Shown in pieces: positions 1 through 9,840 of a stretch of 64,000 nucleotides of DNA (its first letter is position 1; every line of letters begins with the position of its first letter). The translations under genes and the position numbers were made by a program. The stretch lies in assembly GCA_963841915.1 (NCBI GenBank), contig CAWJEN010000005.1, positions 1,024,001-1,088,000 on the forward strand, given 5' to 3'. This stretch comes from an uncultured Planctomycetota bacterium. GTDB lineage: Bacteria > Planctomycetota > Phycisphaerae > Tepidisphaerales > Tepidisphaeraceae. The notes beneath the pieces are model-generated. The model saw nothing but the letters and a program-made list of their open reading frames with translations. It did not search any database and was not told the origin of the DNA.

Positions 1-1575
1 GCGTGACGAGATGCGGGGCGGCGGTTTCAGGTCGTTCGTCCAAGAGAATCCACCGTCGAAGCTCTCGTGCACGCAATTGTCAGCTACCGAATTGATGACG
101 TACTCGCCCCACGCGGCACCATCGAAGACGAATTCGCTGTTCTGTCCACGCGTGCGATAGAAGGGGACGCTGTCGCCACCACCGGGCGCGTTCTTCATCG
201 GAACTTGTCGAACAAGTCGCGTGTAGCGCGGCTGCCAATCGCTGCCCTGGGGGTCCTGCGACGGGTCGGTGACGTGCAGCGTCTGGCTGCTGGTCGCAAA
301 GACGTGACCGCCCGCTTCACCCCACGCTTTGGGGGCGACGATGACGTTGTGGCTCATCACGCCCCATTTTTCCCAGCCGAGGTCGAAGCTCTCGTTGCTC
401 CGGTCGACACCTTCTTCGAAGTCGTACCACATGACGCGCTGCCAGTCTGCCGACGGTGTGTCGCCGCTGAGGTCGACGACGAGACGCCAAAGCCCTTGCT
501 GGGGCCGCCAGAAGCTGGCGAGCAGTTCGTGCCGATCCGTCGTGCTGCGGACGGCATCAAGCGTCGGCTTCATGAGGATGAGCTTGTCGATCTGCTGGAG
601 CTCGTCAGGAAGCCCGCCACCCGATTGGTTGAGGTCGGTCCACGACACGGAGCCATCAAGCCGCGTGGCAAAGATGTGCGTCACGCCTTCGCCTCCGACG
701 CTGCCGTCACGACCTGTCGTTACCGCCGCCGAGTTAGATCCGTGCGGGACGGTGTAGGTCGCGTACAGCCAGTCACCCGCCGGGCCGAGGGTCGCACCGA
801 CGCAGTCACCGGCATCTTTCGGTGCTGCAATGTGCTTGAAGGTCTCGCCGCCGTCGCGTGTGACGAAGACGCCGGTTGCCGTCCCCAGCACGAAGGTGTC
901 GGCATCGGTCGGATGGACATCGACGCTGAATCCGTCACGTCTACCTTCGCCCTCGGCGTAGCGGACACGCTCCCAATTGTCGCCGCCGTCTCGCGACAGA
1001 TAGAAGTCACGCTCGCCGAAGTTGCCGGGATACAACCCGTCGGCGACGAGCTGTTTCTTGTAACCGTGGCTGTCGCTCCAGCGGTGACCTTCGCCGGGTA
1101 GCGCGATGACTAGGTTCGCATCGAGCGGCGTGACGCCGATGACGCCGATGCTGTCCATCTTCCAGTCGGGCAGATCGATCCGACGGTGAGAACGGCCGGC
1201 ATTGTCGCTGACTTCGAGCGACGCGTCGGTCCCGACGAACAGGCGGTCCGGGTTCGTCGCGTGCGCGACGGCCGTGTTGACATAGCTGCTAGCCACGTCG
1301 CTGCCGATGTAGTGCCAGCTTTTGCCGTAGTCGTCGCTGCGATAGTGACCCTCCATGTCGCTCGAGAGGTAGAGCCTGCCGGGCAGGTTCGGGTCGAGCG
1401 TGATGTCCTGGATCGCACCGCCGGCTCCGGCATTAAGGTTCTGCCAGACGACGTCGTCCCAGCCGTCGTAGTCGCCGGAAGCTTGTTGGACTTGGGAACT
1501 TGGTTGGGCATGCGTGCAAGCGCTGGCACAAGCGACCACCAAGGCGGCCGCAACGCGGGGGAGCAGTTCTGTCAT
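1..1575 (-). CDS. Secreted BNR/Asp-box repeat beta-propeller protein (GH74/xyloglucanase-like or related); 3' end runs off the window
   Basis: Not in the ORF track because it has no stop in the window. Hand translation from ATG 1575 (GAGGAGG RBS upstream) gives the signal peptide MTELLPRVAAALVVACASAC, then GAGGAIQDITLDP and Asp-boxes RSDDYGKSW, VSDNAGRSH, LSRDGGDNW, VTRDGGETF. Confidence 0.8.
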   Translation of the reverse strand, partial: MTELLPRVAAALVVACASACTHAQPSSQVQQASGDYDGWDDVVWQNLNAGAGGAIQDITLDPNLPGRLYLSSDMEGHYRSDDYGKSWHYIGSDVASSYVNTAVAHATNPDRLFVGTDASLEVSDNAGRSHRRIDLPDWKMDSIGVIGVTPLDANLVIALPGEGHRWSDSHGYKKQLVADGLYPGNFGERDFYLSRDGGDNWERVRYAEGEGRRDGFSVDVHPTDADTFVLGTATGVFVTRDGGETFKHIAAPKDAGDCVGATLGPAGDWLYATYTVPHGSNSAAVTTGRDGSVGGEGVTHIFATRLDGSVSWTDLNQSGGGLPDELQQIDKLILMKPTLDAVRSTTDRHELLASFWRPQQGLWRLVVDLSGDTPSADWQRVMWYDFEEGVDRSNESFDLGWEKWGVMSHNVIVAPKAWGEAGGHVFATSSQTLHVTDPSQDPQGSDWQPRYTRLVRQVPMKNAPGGGDSVPFYRTRGQNSEFVFDGAAWGEYVINSVADNCVHESFDGGFSWTNDLKPPPRISSR

Positions 1576-1680
1576 AAGGCCTCCTCAGGCAAGGGCCCGT
1601 TCGTGGGCCAGGCGTCGCCCTTCCAAGGGCAGAGAAACAAGAGCCGTCAGCCTTCGCTGTCGGCTCCCGGAAAGGGTCGA

Positions 1681-2214
1681 TCAGTCGATCAGTTTGACCT
1701 CGAAGTTGCGATACTTGTAAAGCGCGCCGTACTGCTTTTGGCCGTAGAAGAATTGGATTCGGCCGTCGTTCACCTCCGGATCAAAGATGAACTCGGCCTT
1801 GATCTTGTTCCAGCCGCCCGGGGTGTTCTGCCAGACACCTGTGGCAACCTTCTCATCGTCCGTACTCTTCTCGTTGTCAGCCTCCGGCACCGTGATAATG
1901 GTGCTCGCGCCGGGACCGCCTTGAGCCTCGACGGCGAAGACGTAACGCTTGCCAGCCTCCAGCTCAGGGAACATATCGGCAGGCAGCTTCATGACTGCCA
2001 TCGTCCACTCGTCGACGACAGTCGAGTCAAAGATGATGGTGTCGCTGTCGATCTTGAGCGCGTCGTCGCCGGCCTTAAGTGTCTTGCCATAACCGGGCAG
2101 GTTCGGGCCCTTCATCCAGACGGTGGTTTCTCCCAGATCTACAGCCGAAGCCGGAGCGGCGAGGAAGGCGGCCATCAGAACGGCGGCTGTCGCTATAAGT
2201 GTTTTGATCTTCAT
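1681..2214 (-). CDS. Secreted hypothetical protein, possible carbohydrate-binding beta-sandwich
   Basis: Signal peptide MKIKTLIATAAVLMAAFLAAPASA; beta-rich, aromatic mature part; start placed at ATG 2214. Confidence 0.65.
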   Translation of the reverse strand: MKIKTLIATAAVLMAAFLAAPASAVDLGETTVWMKGPNLPGYGKTLKAGDDALKIDSDTIIFDSTVVDEWTMAVMKLPADMFPELEAGKRYVFAVEAQGGPGASTIITVPEADNEKSTDDEKVATGVWQNTPGGWNKIKAEFIFDPEVNDGRIQFFYGQKQYGALYKYRNFEVKLID

Positions 2215-2248
2215 GTTTTGTGGTGGTACGAGCTTGAGGCGGTTCGGC

Positions 2249-2944
2249 CTAGCGGCGGCGGCGCAGCACGAGCGCCCCGATGCCAAGGACGCCTGCGACG
2301 GCCGACGGTTCCGGAACTGGTGTGACGGAAAGGCCCAGGTCGCGGACGCGAACCGAGCCGCCATCGGTGGCGACAATGCTCAGCGTCTGACCGGCAGCGA
2401 TTGTGAAGCCGATGTTCTGGAACGTGGGCGTGGACGAGCCACCCGTAAAGTCGCCGTAGGTGGCGCGTGACAGCGTCAGCATGTCGGTTCCGTTGCTGAT
2501 GACGATGCCCTCGGCGTCGGAGTTCACGTTCTGGACACGGACGATGTCGAGCACGATATCGACATCGCCTGGCGTCGAACCAGCACCGTTGAAGTCGTAC
2601 AACAGCGTCTCGAGGACGCCGTTGTTCATACTTGCTGTAGTCGTGTTGTCGAGATCCTGACCACCATCAATGAGGCTTTGCCCGACGGAGTCGACACCGA
2701 GCCCGCCACCCGAGCTGGCGACGGTTGCAGGCAGGCCGAGCGGAACCGGCAAGGTCAGGGCACTCGTTGCCGAGACGCCGACAGTGAAGTCGGTCATGGA
2801 TGTCGGATCGGTCAGAACTGTGGTCTGGCCGGAACCGTCAAGCATGCCGTTGCCAGACGAACTGAAGTTGACGAGTAGCGCTCCGTGGACCGAAGCGGCG
2901 GCGGCGAATGACGCTGTGGTAGCGATAGATGTGATCAGACGCAT
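2249..2944 (-). CDS. PEP-CTERM sorting domain protein
   Basis: Signal peptide, low-complexity S/T/G/D body, C-terminus VPEPSAVAGVLGIGALVLRRRR. Confidence 0.9.
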   Translation of the reverse strand: MRLITSIATTASFAAAASVHGALLVNFSSSGNGMLDGSGQTTVLTDPTSMTDFTVGVSATSALTLPVPLGLPATVASSGGGLGVDSVGQSLIDGGQDLDNTTTASMNNGVLETLLYDFNGAGSTPGDVDIVLDIVRVQNVNSDAEGIVISNGTDMLTLSRATYGDFTGGSSTPTFQNIGFTIAAGQTLSIVATDGGSVRVRDLGLSVTPVPEPSAVAGVLGIGALVLRRRR

Positions 2945-3046
2945 GATTCCTCCTACAAGACAGTGAGTGCAGCCCATCGACGGCAGCCGCGGAAAGCCGC
3001 TTGGCCGGTTGTTCACCGGCCGGTTGGTATGTTCTGCTGGTTCACC

Positions 3047-3694
3047 TCAACGGCGGCGACGCAGGCCGAGCAGGCCCATGCCAAGCAGGCTGGCGATCGA
3101 GGTCGGCTCTGGAATCGCGTTGACGGTAAAGTCGAGCGTGCGGATGCGATAGCTCTCGCCCTCGCCAACTCCGAGGACGACTGAGCCGCCATCGACGCTG
3201 AAGTTCGTCGCGACTGTGTCGTTCAGCGCGGAGAAGCTGCTGGTATCGCCGCCCACGGTGAGCGTGAGGGTTTCGCCATCGTCGCCGTTGAACAACGTGA
3301 AGCTGTTGAGCGTGACGTCGATGGGATTCATCATCGCGTCAGTGAAATCGAATCGAAGCATCTCTGTGTAGCTTCCACCTGACCCGACGACCGCCGGGTC
3401 ATTCTCGATCTCGCCGCCGTTGTCACCACCGGCTGAGTCGACACCGAGGCCGAAGTTGTTGTTGCCCAGGGCGGTGTTGTTATCAGGGTTGATAACGTTG
3501 CCACCGCGGCTGCCCGAGGACGTCAGCGTAACGAAGGTGCCATCGACACTCGCCGTAGCGACATTTGAACCTGCCCCATTATCGCTTACGAGTGCGCCGA
3601 ACTGGCCGTTCTGGGAGAAGTCGATAAGGGCGGCGTTAGCACCTGTCACGAGGGCGGTGGAAGCGATGACTGCGGCGATGGTCTTGATTTGCAT
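3047..3694 (-). CDS. PEP-CTERM sorting domain protein
   Basis: Signal peptide; C-terminus IPEPTSIASLLGMGLLGLRRRR. Confidence 0.9.
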   Translation of the reverse strand: MQIKTIAAVIASTALVTGANAALIDFSQNGQFGALVSDNGAGSNVATASVDGTFVTLTSSGSRGGNVINPDNNTALGNNNFGLGVDSAGGDNGGEIENDPAVVGSGGSYTEMLRFDFTDAMMNPIDVTLNSFTLFNGDDGETLTLTVGGDTSSFSALNDTVATNFSVDGGSVVLGVGEGESYRIRTLDFTVNAIPEPTSIASLLGMGLLGLRRRR

Positions 3695-3814
3695 TGCGGT
3701 ACTCCCCGATAAATCGCACGCTGCCGGCTGGCGAGCGAGCGTGATTAAGAGTGGCGGGGCACAACGTCACGCCGTCCTCCAAGAGTCAGGCTCGGCGGAT
3801 GCCGGCCAGAGGTA

Positions 3815-3846
3815 AGAATAACACAGCAATGCCCTGTGTCAACACT
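3815..3846 (-). promoter_or_regulatory. Sigma70-type promoter for the PEP-CTERM genes, overlapped by a candidate GTGTnnACAC operator
   Basis: Minus strand reads AGTG-TTGACA-16 nt-TATTCT with TG upstream of the -10; 13 bp are identical to 9860-9872. Confidence 0.55.
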
Positions 3847-3850
3847 AACG

Positions 3851-5461
3851 CTAGTTGTTACTGTGGAAGGCCTTCGGCAGCCACTGCTTCGACTTCGGGT
3901 TGCCCAAGCCGATTACCCAGGTCGCATCACCGGACGTCGGGCGCGACAGGGCGACCACGACTTCATGCTCGCCGGCGAGGAGGTCGACCATCGCCCACTG
4001 ATTCAGCGGCGTGCGGTGGAAACTCGGGGCCATGCGGCCCTCTTCCCGGCCGAGCAGGAGCTCGCCGTCGAGCCATACGCGGTGCGGCTGCGGGCTGTTG
4101 AACATGAACTGCTGACGCCCGGTTTCGTCGGCAGAGATGTGAAAACGCATCCGCATCAACAAGGTGGGCGCCTCAAAGGCGTCACTCGCGAGGCTGCCAG
4201 AGGTCCCGGTGAATCGCACGCTCTTGGCCGACGCGGGAAGCGTTGGGCATGGCGTCGGCATGCCAGGCGCACCAGGAAGGCCAAAGTGCTCCCTATAGCC
4301 TGGGCGGGTCCGCCAATCTTCAAAAGCAATCTCAGCCTCTAGGCCGAATGGTTTTGTATCCGTGGTCGGTTCGGCTGCCGGGCTTGGTCGACGGCCGCCG
4401 AGCTTCTCCCGAAGCATCAGCACCTGATCTGTAAAGTCGTCGAGCGTTTCCGGGTACTTCACGCCCGTCGGCGGCTTGACCTCTGGCGTGACGACAAGTT
4501 GACGACCAATGGGCTTGAGCCATTTTTCCCCGATGCAGTCGGGGTCGAGGATGCCCAACAATGCGCCGGCCGTCGCTCCGGTGCAGTCGGTGTCGCAGCC
4601 ACAATTGACTGCCGTGCAGATGGTTCGGCCGAAGTCGCCGTTGCCTTCGAGCCAACCGAGCATGGTGAAGCAGAGGTTCTGCGTCGTGTCGGTCATGTTG
4701 TCGCTGCCGTGGTGCTTGATGACGAGGCTGCGCACCTGTTGCCAGTCACCCGATTCGTCCCACCACGTGATGGTGTCCTGGATCGCCCGTGCCGTCCTGC
4801 CGTCTTGGGTGATGTGTTGCAACGCTGCTCGGATCATCGGTCGCGGGTCGTCAGCCGTCGTGTGGTTAAAGGCATCCGCCTGCAACGCGGCCAGAAACAC
4901 TTCTGCATCAACACCATCGCCGGCGTGGTCCAGCACGGCATCTTCCTTGGCATACAGCGCTGCAAGCTCCGGATCACCCGCGGCAAGACACGCCCAGATC
5001 TCGCTGCGGATCGCCGCGCCCATGCCGTTGGAGAACCAGTTGTCAAAGCTCCCCGACAGCGGCGGACGCAGGCCCAGCTTCAGGTTGCGGATCGCCACGC
5101 CGTACTCGTCGAATGGAAAGTCGACGTTCTCCAGGAACGCGTCTGCAATGACGTCGCGGTCGACCCGCAACGTCTCGCCGCGATTAAGCTGACCTTGTAG
5201 AACAGCGGCCCAAAGCACCTGCAGGTCGAGGTCGTCGTTCGGCAGCATCTCCTGCGGAATCGGGTCATAATAGGTCAGATCCAGCACCGTCGGCACCCCC
5301 TCGAAGGGCATACCCAGTGTGCCACCCACGGCCTTGCCGAGCCAACAGGCCATCACGCGGTCGCGGAAGCGAGACGGCTCCGTCGACCGCTTGGCTGACG
5401 CGGCTGGCTGCGGAGCAAGCCGGCTAAGGCCGGCGGGGCGATCTTTCTGGAGGAGCGTCAT
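3851..5461 (-). CDS. ADP-ribosylglycohydrolase-family protein with a C-terminal beta-sandwich extension
   Basis: Motifs GKAVGGTLGMPFEG, NDDLD, GMGAAIRSEIW, GCDTDCTGATAGALLG; about 150 extra C-terminal residues. Confidence 0.85.
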   Translation of the reverse strand: MTLLQKDRPAGLSRLAPQPAASAKRSTEPSRFRDRVMACWLGKAVGGTLGMPFEGVPTVLDLTYYDPIPQEMLPNDDLDLQVLWAAVLQGQLNRGETLRVDRDVIADAFLENVDFPFDEYGVAIRNLKLGLRPPLSGSFDNWFSNGMGAAIRSEIWACLAAGDPELAALYAKEDAVLDHAGDGVDAEVFLAALQADAFNHTTADDPRPMIRAALQHITQDGRTARAIQDTITWWDESGDWQQVRSLVIKHHGSDNMTDTTQNLCFTMLGWLEGNGDFGRTICTAVNCGCDTDCTGATAGALLGILDPDCIGEKWLKPIGRQLVVTPEVKPPTGVKYPETLDDFTDQVLMLREKLGGRRPSPAAEPTTDTKPFGLEAEIAFEDWRTRPGYREHFGLPGAPGMPTPCPTLPASAKSVRFTGTSGSLASDAFEAPTLLMRMRFHISADETGRQQFMFNSPQPHRVWLDGELLLGREEGRMAPSFHRTPLNQWAMVDLLAGEHEVVVALSRPTSGDATWVIGLGNPKSKQWLPKAFHSNN

Positions 5462-5599
5462 GAGCGTGGGTCTTGGGCGGAGCGGCGGAAGCGGTCAACC
5501 TGTATTGTTACACGCACGGCGGCCTTGAGCAAGCGCTTGTTTGGCGGGCGTGGCAGGTTGGCGTGTACAGTGGTGGACCGGAACGCCCGGCCCACCTTC

Positions 5600-6778
5600 A
5601 TGAGCGGCAAATACTCCGACCTCCTGCAAATTGAGCCTGACAGCGGTGAGCCGCTTGTCAGGCAGATCCAACGCATGCTCCGCCGCGAGATCGGCGAGGG
5701 AAGATTACCCGCCGGGGAGCAGCTTCCGTCCATGCGACAGATCGCCGACGACCTGGGCGTCTCGCTCGGCATCGTCAAGCAGGCACTCAACACCCTCACC
5801 AGCGAAGGCTACCTCAAAAGCAGCCCGCGGCGGGGCGTCTTCGTCAGTCGGCCACGTTCCAGCGTCCGTGACGTCGCACTCGTCCTGCCGATGCTCACGA
5901 ACGAGCAGATGGTCCGCGTCATTGCCGGCGTGCGTAAGGGACTGGCCGGCACGAACCTGCGCCTCGTCATCCAGGCGGCCGACGCTGATTACGAGACAGA
6001 GCTGCACCTGCTGGAATACCTGGACCCGGCCCTTGTCGCTGGTGCCATCATCTACCCGCCGGGCGTTGCACAGAATGCCGAGCCGCTCGCCCGGCTGCGG
6101 GATCGTGGCATTCCCGTCGTCCAGGTCGTCCAGGCAATGGACTATTCATCCACCGATGCCGTCGTCGTTGACGGCTTCCAGCAGGGCCGCACGGCCATGA
6201 AGTACTTGCTGGACAAGGGCCACCGCCGCATCGGCTTCGTCGACACCACTGCCGATGCGGCGACGTTCGACGAAATTCGCGAAGGCATGCAGGCCGCGCT
6301 CGAAGCGACCGAGCTGTCGTGGGAAGACCTCCGCCGGGTCGCCCTCAGCGAGGCCGATCTCGACGCCGACACGCCTTGGGCCAACGGCGAGCGGGCGGCC
6401 AATCTGTTGCTGGGCAACGACCAACGGGCGAACCAACGGGACGATCAAGCCGACGACGGCGACGAAGACGACGACGGTCAGCTCACCGCGCTCATCGGCA
6501 TCAACCCGCATATCACGCTCGGCTGCTACCGTGCCGCTCGCGCTGCCGGTCGTAAGATCGGCATCGACATCAGCGTGCTGGCAATGGGGTCCGACCTGCC
6601 GACGTTTGCCCTGCTGCAGCCGTCGATCAGCGTCGTCGACTCACCCATGGAAGCCATCGGCGAGCGGGCGGCGAGGCGCCTCGTGAAGCTCATGGACGGA
6701 GAGAGCGACAGCAGCCGCGTCATCGAATTACCGCCCAAACTCGTCGAGCGAGAGAGCGTCCACTCCGTCGGCGGGTAG
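5600..6778 (+). CDS. GntR-HTH / LacI-type sugar-binding domain transcriptional regulator (AraR-like architecture)
   Basis: N-terminal GntR wHTH (GEQLPSMRQIADDLGVS...L..EGYL...RRGVFV) followed by a periplasmic-binding-protein-like domain (GHRRIGF, IG.DISV); divergent from the ADP-ribosylglycohydrolase. Confidence 0.88.
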   Translation: MSGKYSDLLQIEPDSGEPLVRQIQRMLRREIGEGRLPAGEQLPSMRQIADDLGVSLGIVKQALNTLTSEGYLKSSPRRGVFVSRPRSSVRDVALVLPMLTNEQMVRVIAGVRKGLAGTNLRLVIQAADADYETELHLLEYLDPALVAGAIIYPPGVAQNAEPLARLRDRGIPVVQVVQAMDYSSTDAVVVDGFQQGRTAMKYLLDKGHRRIGFVDTTADAATFDEIREGMQAALEATELSWEDLRRVALSEADLDADTPWANGERAANLLLGNDQRANQRDDQADDGDEDDDGQLTALIGINPHITLGCYRAARAAGRKIGIDISVLAMGSDLPTFALLQPSISVVDSPMEAIGERAARRLVKLMDGESDSSRVIELPPKLVERESVHSVGG

Positions 6779-6973
6779 TCGGCCGTCGCGCATTTCCAGC
6801 CTCACGCGGACAACCTTCTGGAGTACCGTTACAGCTTTTTCTGGCCGCGGTGCGTGCTGTTGCGCACAATATTGGTCCAGCTGACAGTTTCGGTTCTCGC
6901 GATTGGATGACACAGCGAGGCAGTGTATTGACGCAGTCGTGACTTCTTCGCGACCATGCTCTACAAGAGTGTC

Positions 6974-8410
6974 ATGCCGCCGAACATTGTCTTTGTGTGC
7001 ACGGATGAAATGCGGGCCTCGGCGCTCGGTCGGCACGGCAACGTCTTCGACCCGACGCCTCACCTCGACAGCATCGCCGCCCGCGGCGCTGCCTTCTCGC
7101 GCTGTCATTGTGTTCACCCCAAGTGCACGCCCGAGCCGCACGAGCGTCCTCACCGGGCAGTACCCGCACGTCGGCGGGCACCGCACGCTCGACCTGCCGG
7201 CCCGCCTGAACGAACCCAATTGCGTCCGCGCACTCAAGGACGCCGGCTACGAAACCTGCCTCGTCGGGCGAAATCACGTCGTTGACGACGAGACGATGCC
7301 GATGACGTTCGACCACTGGCTTCGACCGAAGGCCGGGGTGCGACTCGATCCGCCGACGTGGTCGTGCGGCGTCGAGGGCAGCTACCTCTACGGTCGCGAC
7401 GACCGCCGGCTCGAGGAGACCAGCGACTACGTCCGCACCGCGGCGGCGTGTGATTGGATCGAACGACGCGACAAGAGCAAACCGTTCTTTATCTGGCTAA
7501 ACCTCGAGTTTCCGCACCCACCCTACGCCGTGACGGCGCCGAACTACGGGCGTATCGACCGGGCGACGATCGAGCTGCCGCCGCTGCACGCCGGGACGGA
7601 CAAGCCGCCCGCATTCGAGGTGCTCCGCAACGCCTACGGCACCGACGCCATGACCGAAGCCGATTGGCGTGAACTCGTCGCCGTCTACCACGAGATGTGC
7701 ATGGACTGCGACGATCGGGCGAAGGACCTCACCGACACGCTTGAACGTCTGGGGCTGACAGATGACACCATCTTCGTCCATTGGGCCGATCACGGCGACT
7801 TTGCCGGCACGTACGGGCTTCCGGAAAAGTGGGACACGGTTTTTGCCGATTGTCTGACGCGAGTGCCCTTGTCGATGACGGGCCCCGGCGTGCCGAAGGT
7901 CGAGTGTGATGCGCTCGTCGAGCTGATCGACGTCATGCCGACGTTGCTGGAACTCTGCGACGTCGACGGGTCCGGTCGGCATGCACGGCACGTCGCTGGT
8001 CGGCCTGATGAACGGCAAGGTCGACGCCGTCCGCGACGTCGCCTTCTGCCAAGGCGGGCAGGAAAAGTCGCTGCTTGATCGGACGGTCCCGCACCGCCAG
8101 AATCCGCGGCCGGCCCCGGCGTACTACCTCAAGCAGCTCGCCCTCGAGCGTGACCCGCACATCAACGCACGGGCCAAGAGCCTTGTTCGACGGCCGCTGG
8201 CGGTACGTCTGGCACCTGCCTCGCGAGACGGGTGGGCAAGCCTTCGAGGAGCTGTACGACACGGCGACCGATCCGGATGAGCTGACGAACCTCGCCCCGG
8301 CCGCCGCGGGCGAGTCTGCCGTGGCATTGCAACGGCTGCGAGTCCGGCTGATCGAGAAACTGGTCGAGACGGAGACGACGCTGCCTCTACAGGACCATCT
8401 CGAGGCGTAG
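6974..8410 (+). pseudogene. Formylglycine-dependent (S1) sulfatase with three +1 frameshifts (pseudogene or assembly error)
   Basis: PNIVFVCTDE, TPHLD, C-T-P-[frameshift at 7130-7132]-S-R, LTGQYPH, PHPPY, ADHGD, ELYD...DPDEL.NL. Further shifts at about 7968-7970 and about 8180. Confidence 0.85.
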
Positions 8411-8572
8411 AGCACGTCTGGGGTTGCGCGTTTCTCGCTCACAACGCTGTCGTAGCTGCGGTCCGCCGGACCCGACGTCTGCTAGCCTTGCAGGCGGCAT
8501 CGCTGCCACTGCTTTGTTCGGTGCCCCTGCTTGCCTCGGTGGAACTGTCTGGTCCGGTGAATCTGTCAGCTT

Positions 8573-8691
8573 CGGTGCCACTGCTTGACCACCTTCTGAG
8601 GTGGGCAACCAGTGTCTGCGACGGGTCGCAGTCATGCGCCCGTCGCAGACACTGGTTGCCCACCTCAGAAGGTGGTCAAGCAGTGGCACCG
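8573..8691. repeat. Perfect 53-bp inverted repeat, REPIN/BIME-like doublet
   Basis: 8573-8625 is the exact reverse complement of 8639-8691; each arm is itself an imperfect hairpin (CACTG..CCACCT-TCTG-AGGTGG..CAGTG). Confidence 0.9.
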
Positions 8692-8730
8692 GGCACTTGA
8701 CGGGCAGTCTTCTTCAGCACAAGGCGTAAG

Positions 8731-8799
8731 CAGCCGCGGCTCTACGAGCCGCAGGTCCGACTCTGAGACTCAGATTGTCGGCTCGTAGAGCCGCGGCTG
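8731..8799. repeat. 21-bp inverted repeat, second REP-like doublet
   Basis: CAGCCGCGGCTCTACGAGCCG (8731-8751) and its reverse complement (8779-8799); internal palindrome GCGGCTC-TAC-GAGCCGC. Confidence 0.8.
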
Positions 8800-8832
8800 G
8801 TCGGGAGATGTCGGCGTCGCAGCAGAACAAGA

Positions 8833-8862
8833 AACCGGCCGACCCTCGCGGGTCGGCCGGTT
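8833..8862 (-). terminator. Intrinsic terminator of the prepilin-type gene
   Basis: AACCGGCCGACCC-TCGC-GGGTCGGCCGGTT stem followed on the minus strand by a T-rich tract, about 30 nt past the stop. Confidence 0.75.
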
Positions 8863-8889
8863 AAAACTTGACAGCATGCGGCGAACGGA

Positions 8890-9768
8890 TCAGTTCGAGA
8901 AGGGCCAGGTCGACATCCCAACGTTGCCGTACCAGAAGGTGGTCTTGTGGGGGTCAGGCGTGCCACCCGGCGTGCCGTCGGCGGTGAAGCCGAAGGCGTC
9001 GTCGTTGTTGGGAACCTGATCCTTCTCCATGGCGGTGACGTGACCGTCAGCCCAGACAATATTGAGCTTCTCTCCAGCCTGGTAGTGCGGGGCCAACGCG
9101 CCGGGGAAGCGGACGTCGGATGGCGTGAAGTGCTCCGGCCAGACCGTGCGGGCGGGTCCGGTGATCTCGCCGGTCGCGTTGTTGACACCGAACACTGCAT
9201 CGAGGAGCAGGGCGACTTCGGTGCTGTTGCGGATCTGGCTGAACTTCTTCGGCTTCCACTTGTACTGGGTCGGGAACGCAGGGAAGGAGCTGAAGATGTC
9301 CGTGCCCCGCAGGTTCATGTTCAACGCCCACATGGAGTGATCGTGATTTGTCTGCTTGAACGGATCGACGTCAGGAACTGCCGGGCAGATCAGGAACTCG
9401 TTGACATCGGTGCTCGTCGCGTCCTCGATTTCCGTGCCGAGGTATGGGCGGATCAGGTACGACCACGACCCTTGCGTGGAAGCACCCCACTGGAGCCAGC
9501 TCGGCTGGCCAAGGTTGGTCGGGATGCTCTCGACGATGAGCGAGCCGTTGTACTCGTTGGCGTACATCTGCCAACCCGTGCTGATTTCCCGGCCGCGGGC
9601 CTGGCAAGTCACCTGCAAGGCAGATCCGCGGGCGCGGTTGAGCGTCGGCAGGAGAATCGAGATCAGCAACGCGATGATGCCGATGACGACGAGCAACTCG
9701 ACCAGCGTAAAGCCGCGACGAGTAACGGGGGCGGACGCTTTGGAAGGCGTAGTTCCGGCGTAAGTCAT
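8890..9768 (-). CDS. Prepilin-type N-terminal cleavage/methylation protein with H-X9-DG-type C-terminus (DUF1559-like family)
   Basis: RRG|FTLVELLVVIGIIALLISILLPTL; C-terminal H...NIVWADGHV. Confidence 0.9.
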   Translation of the reverse strand: MTYAGTTPSKASAPVTRRGFTLVELLVVIGIIALLISILLPTLNRARGSALQVTCQARGREISTGWQMYANEYNGSLIVESIPTNLGQPSWLQWGASTQGSWSYLIRPYLGTEIEDATSTDVNEFLICPAVPDVDPFKQTNHDHSMWALNMNLRGTDIFSSFPAFPTQYKWKPKKFSQIRNSTEVALLLDAVFGVNNATGEITGPARTVWPEHFTPSDVRFPGALAPHYQAGEKLNIVWADGHVTAMEKDQVPNNDDAFGFTADGTPGGTPDPHKTTFWYGNVGMSTWPFSN

Positions 9769-9840
9769 GATGAACCTCCTCAGGTTGCGCCCCGGCCCGC
9801 CGAACAGTCGACGGTCCTCCAGGCGGCGTGTTCAAACGAA

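Noticed and set aside
1315..1330. Possible frameshift in the BNR protein
   Set aside because: Recounting shows four T's, so the frame reads DDYGKSWHY without interruption.
67..2325. Long plus-strand ORFs 67-1101 and 1186-2325, and many similar shadow ORFs elsewhere (e.g. 22942-24339, 43079-44632, 57263-58537)
   Set aside because: Antisense shadows of well-supported genes, typical of high-GC DNA; no recognisable motifs.
8573..8799. CRISPR array or IS ends
   Set aside because: The repeats are inverted, not direct repeats with spacers; there is no cas gene, transposase or clear target-site duplication.
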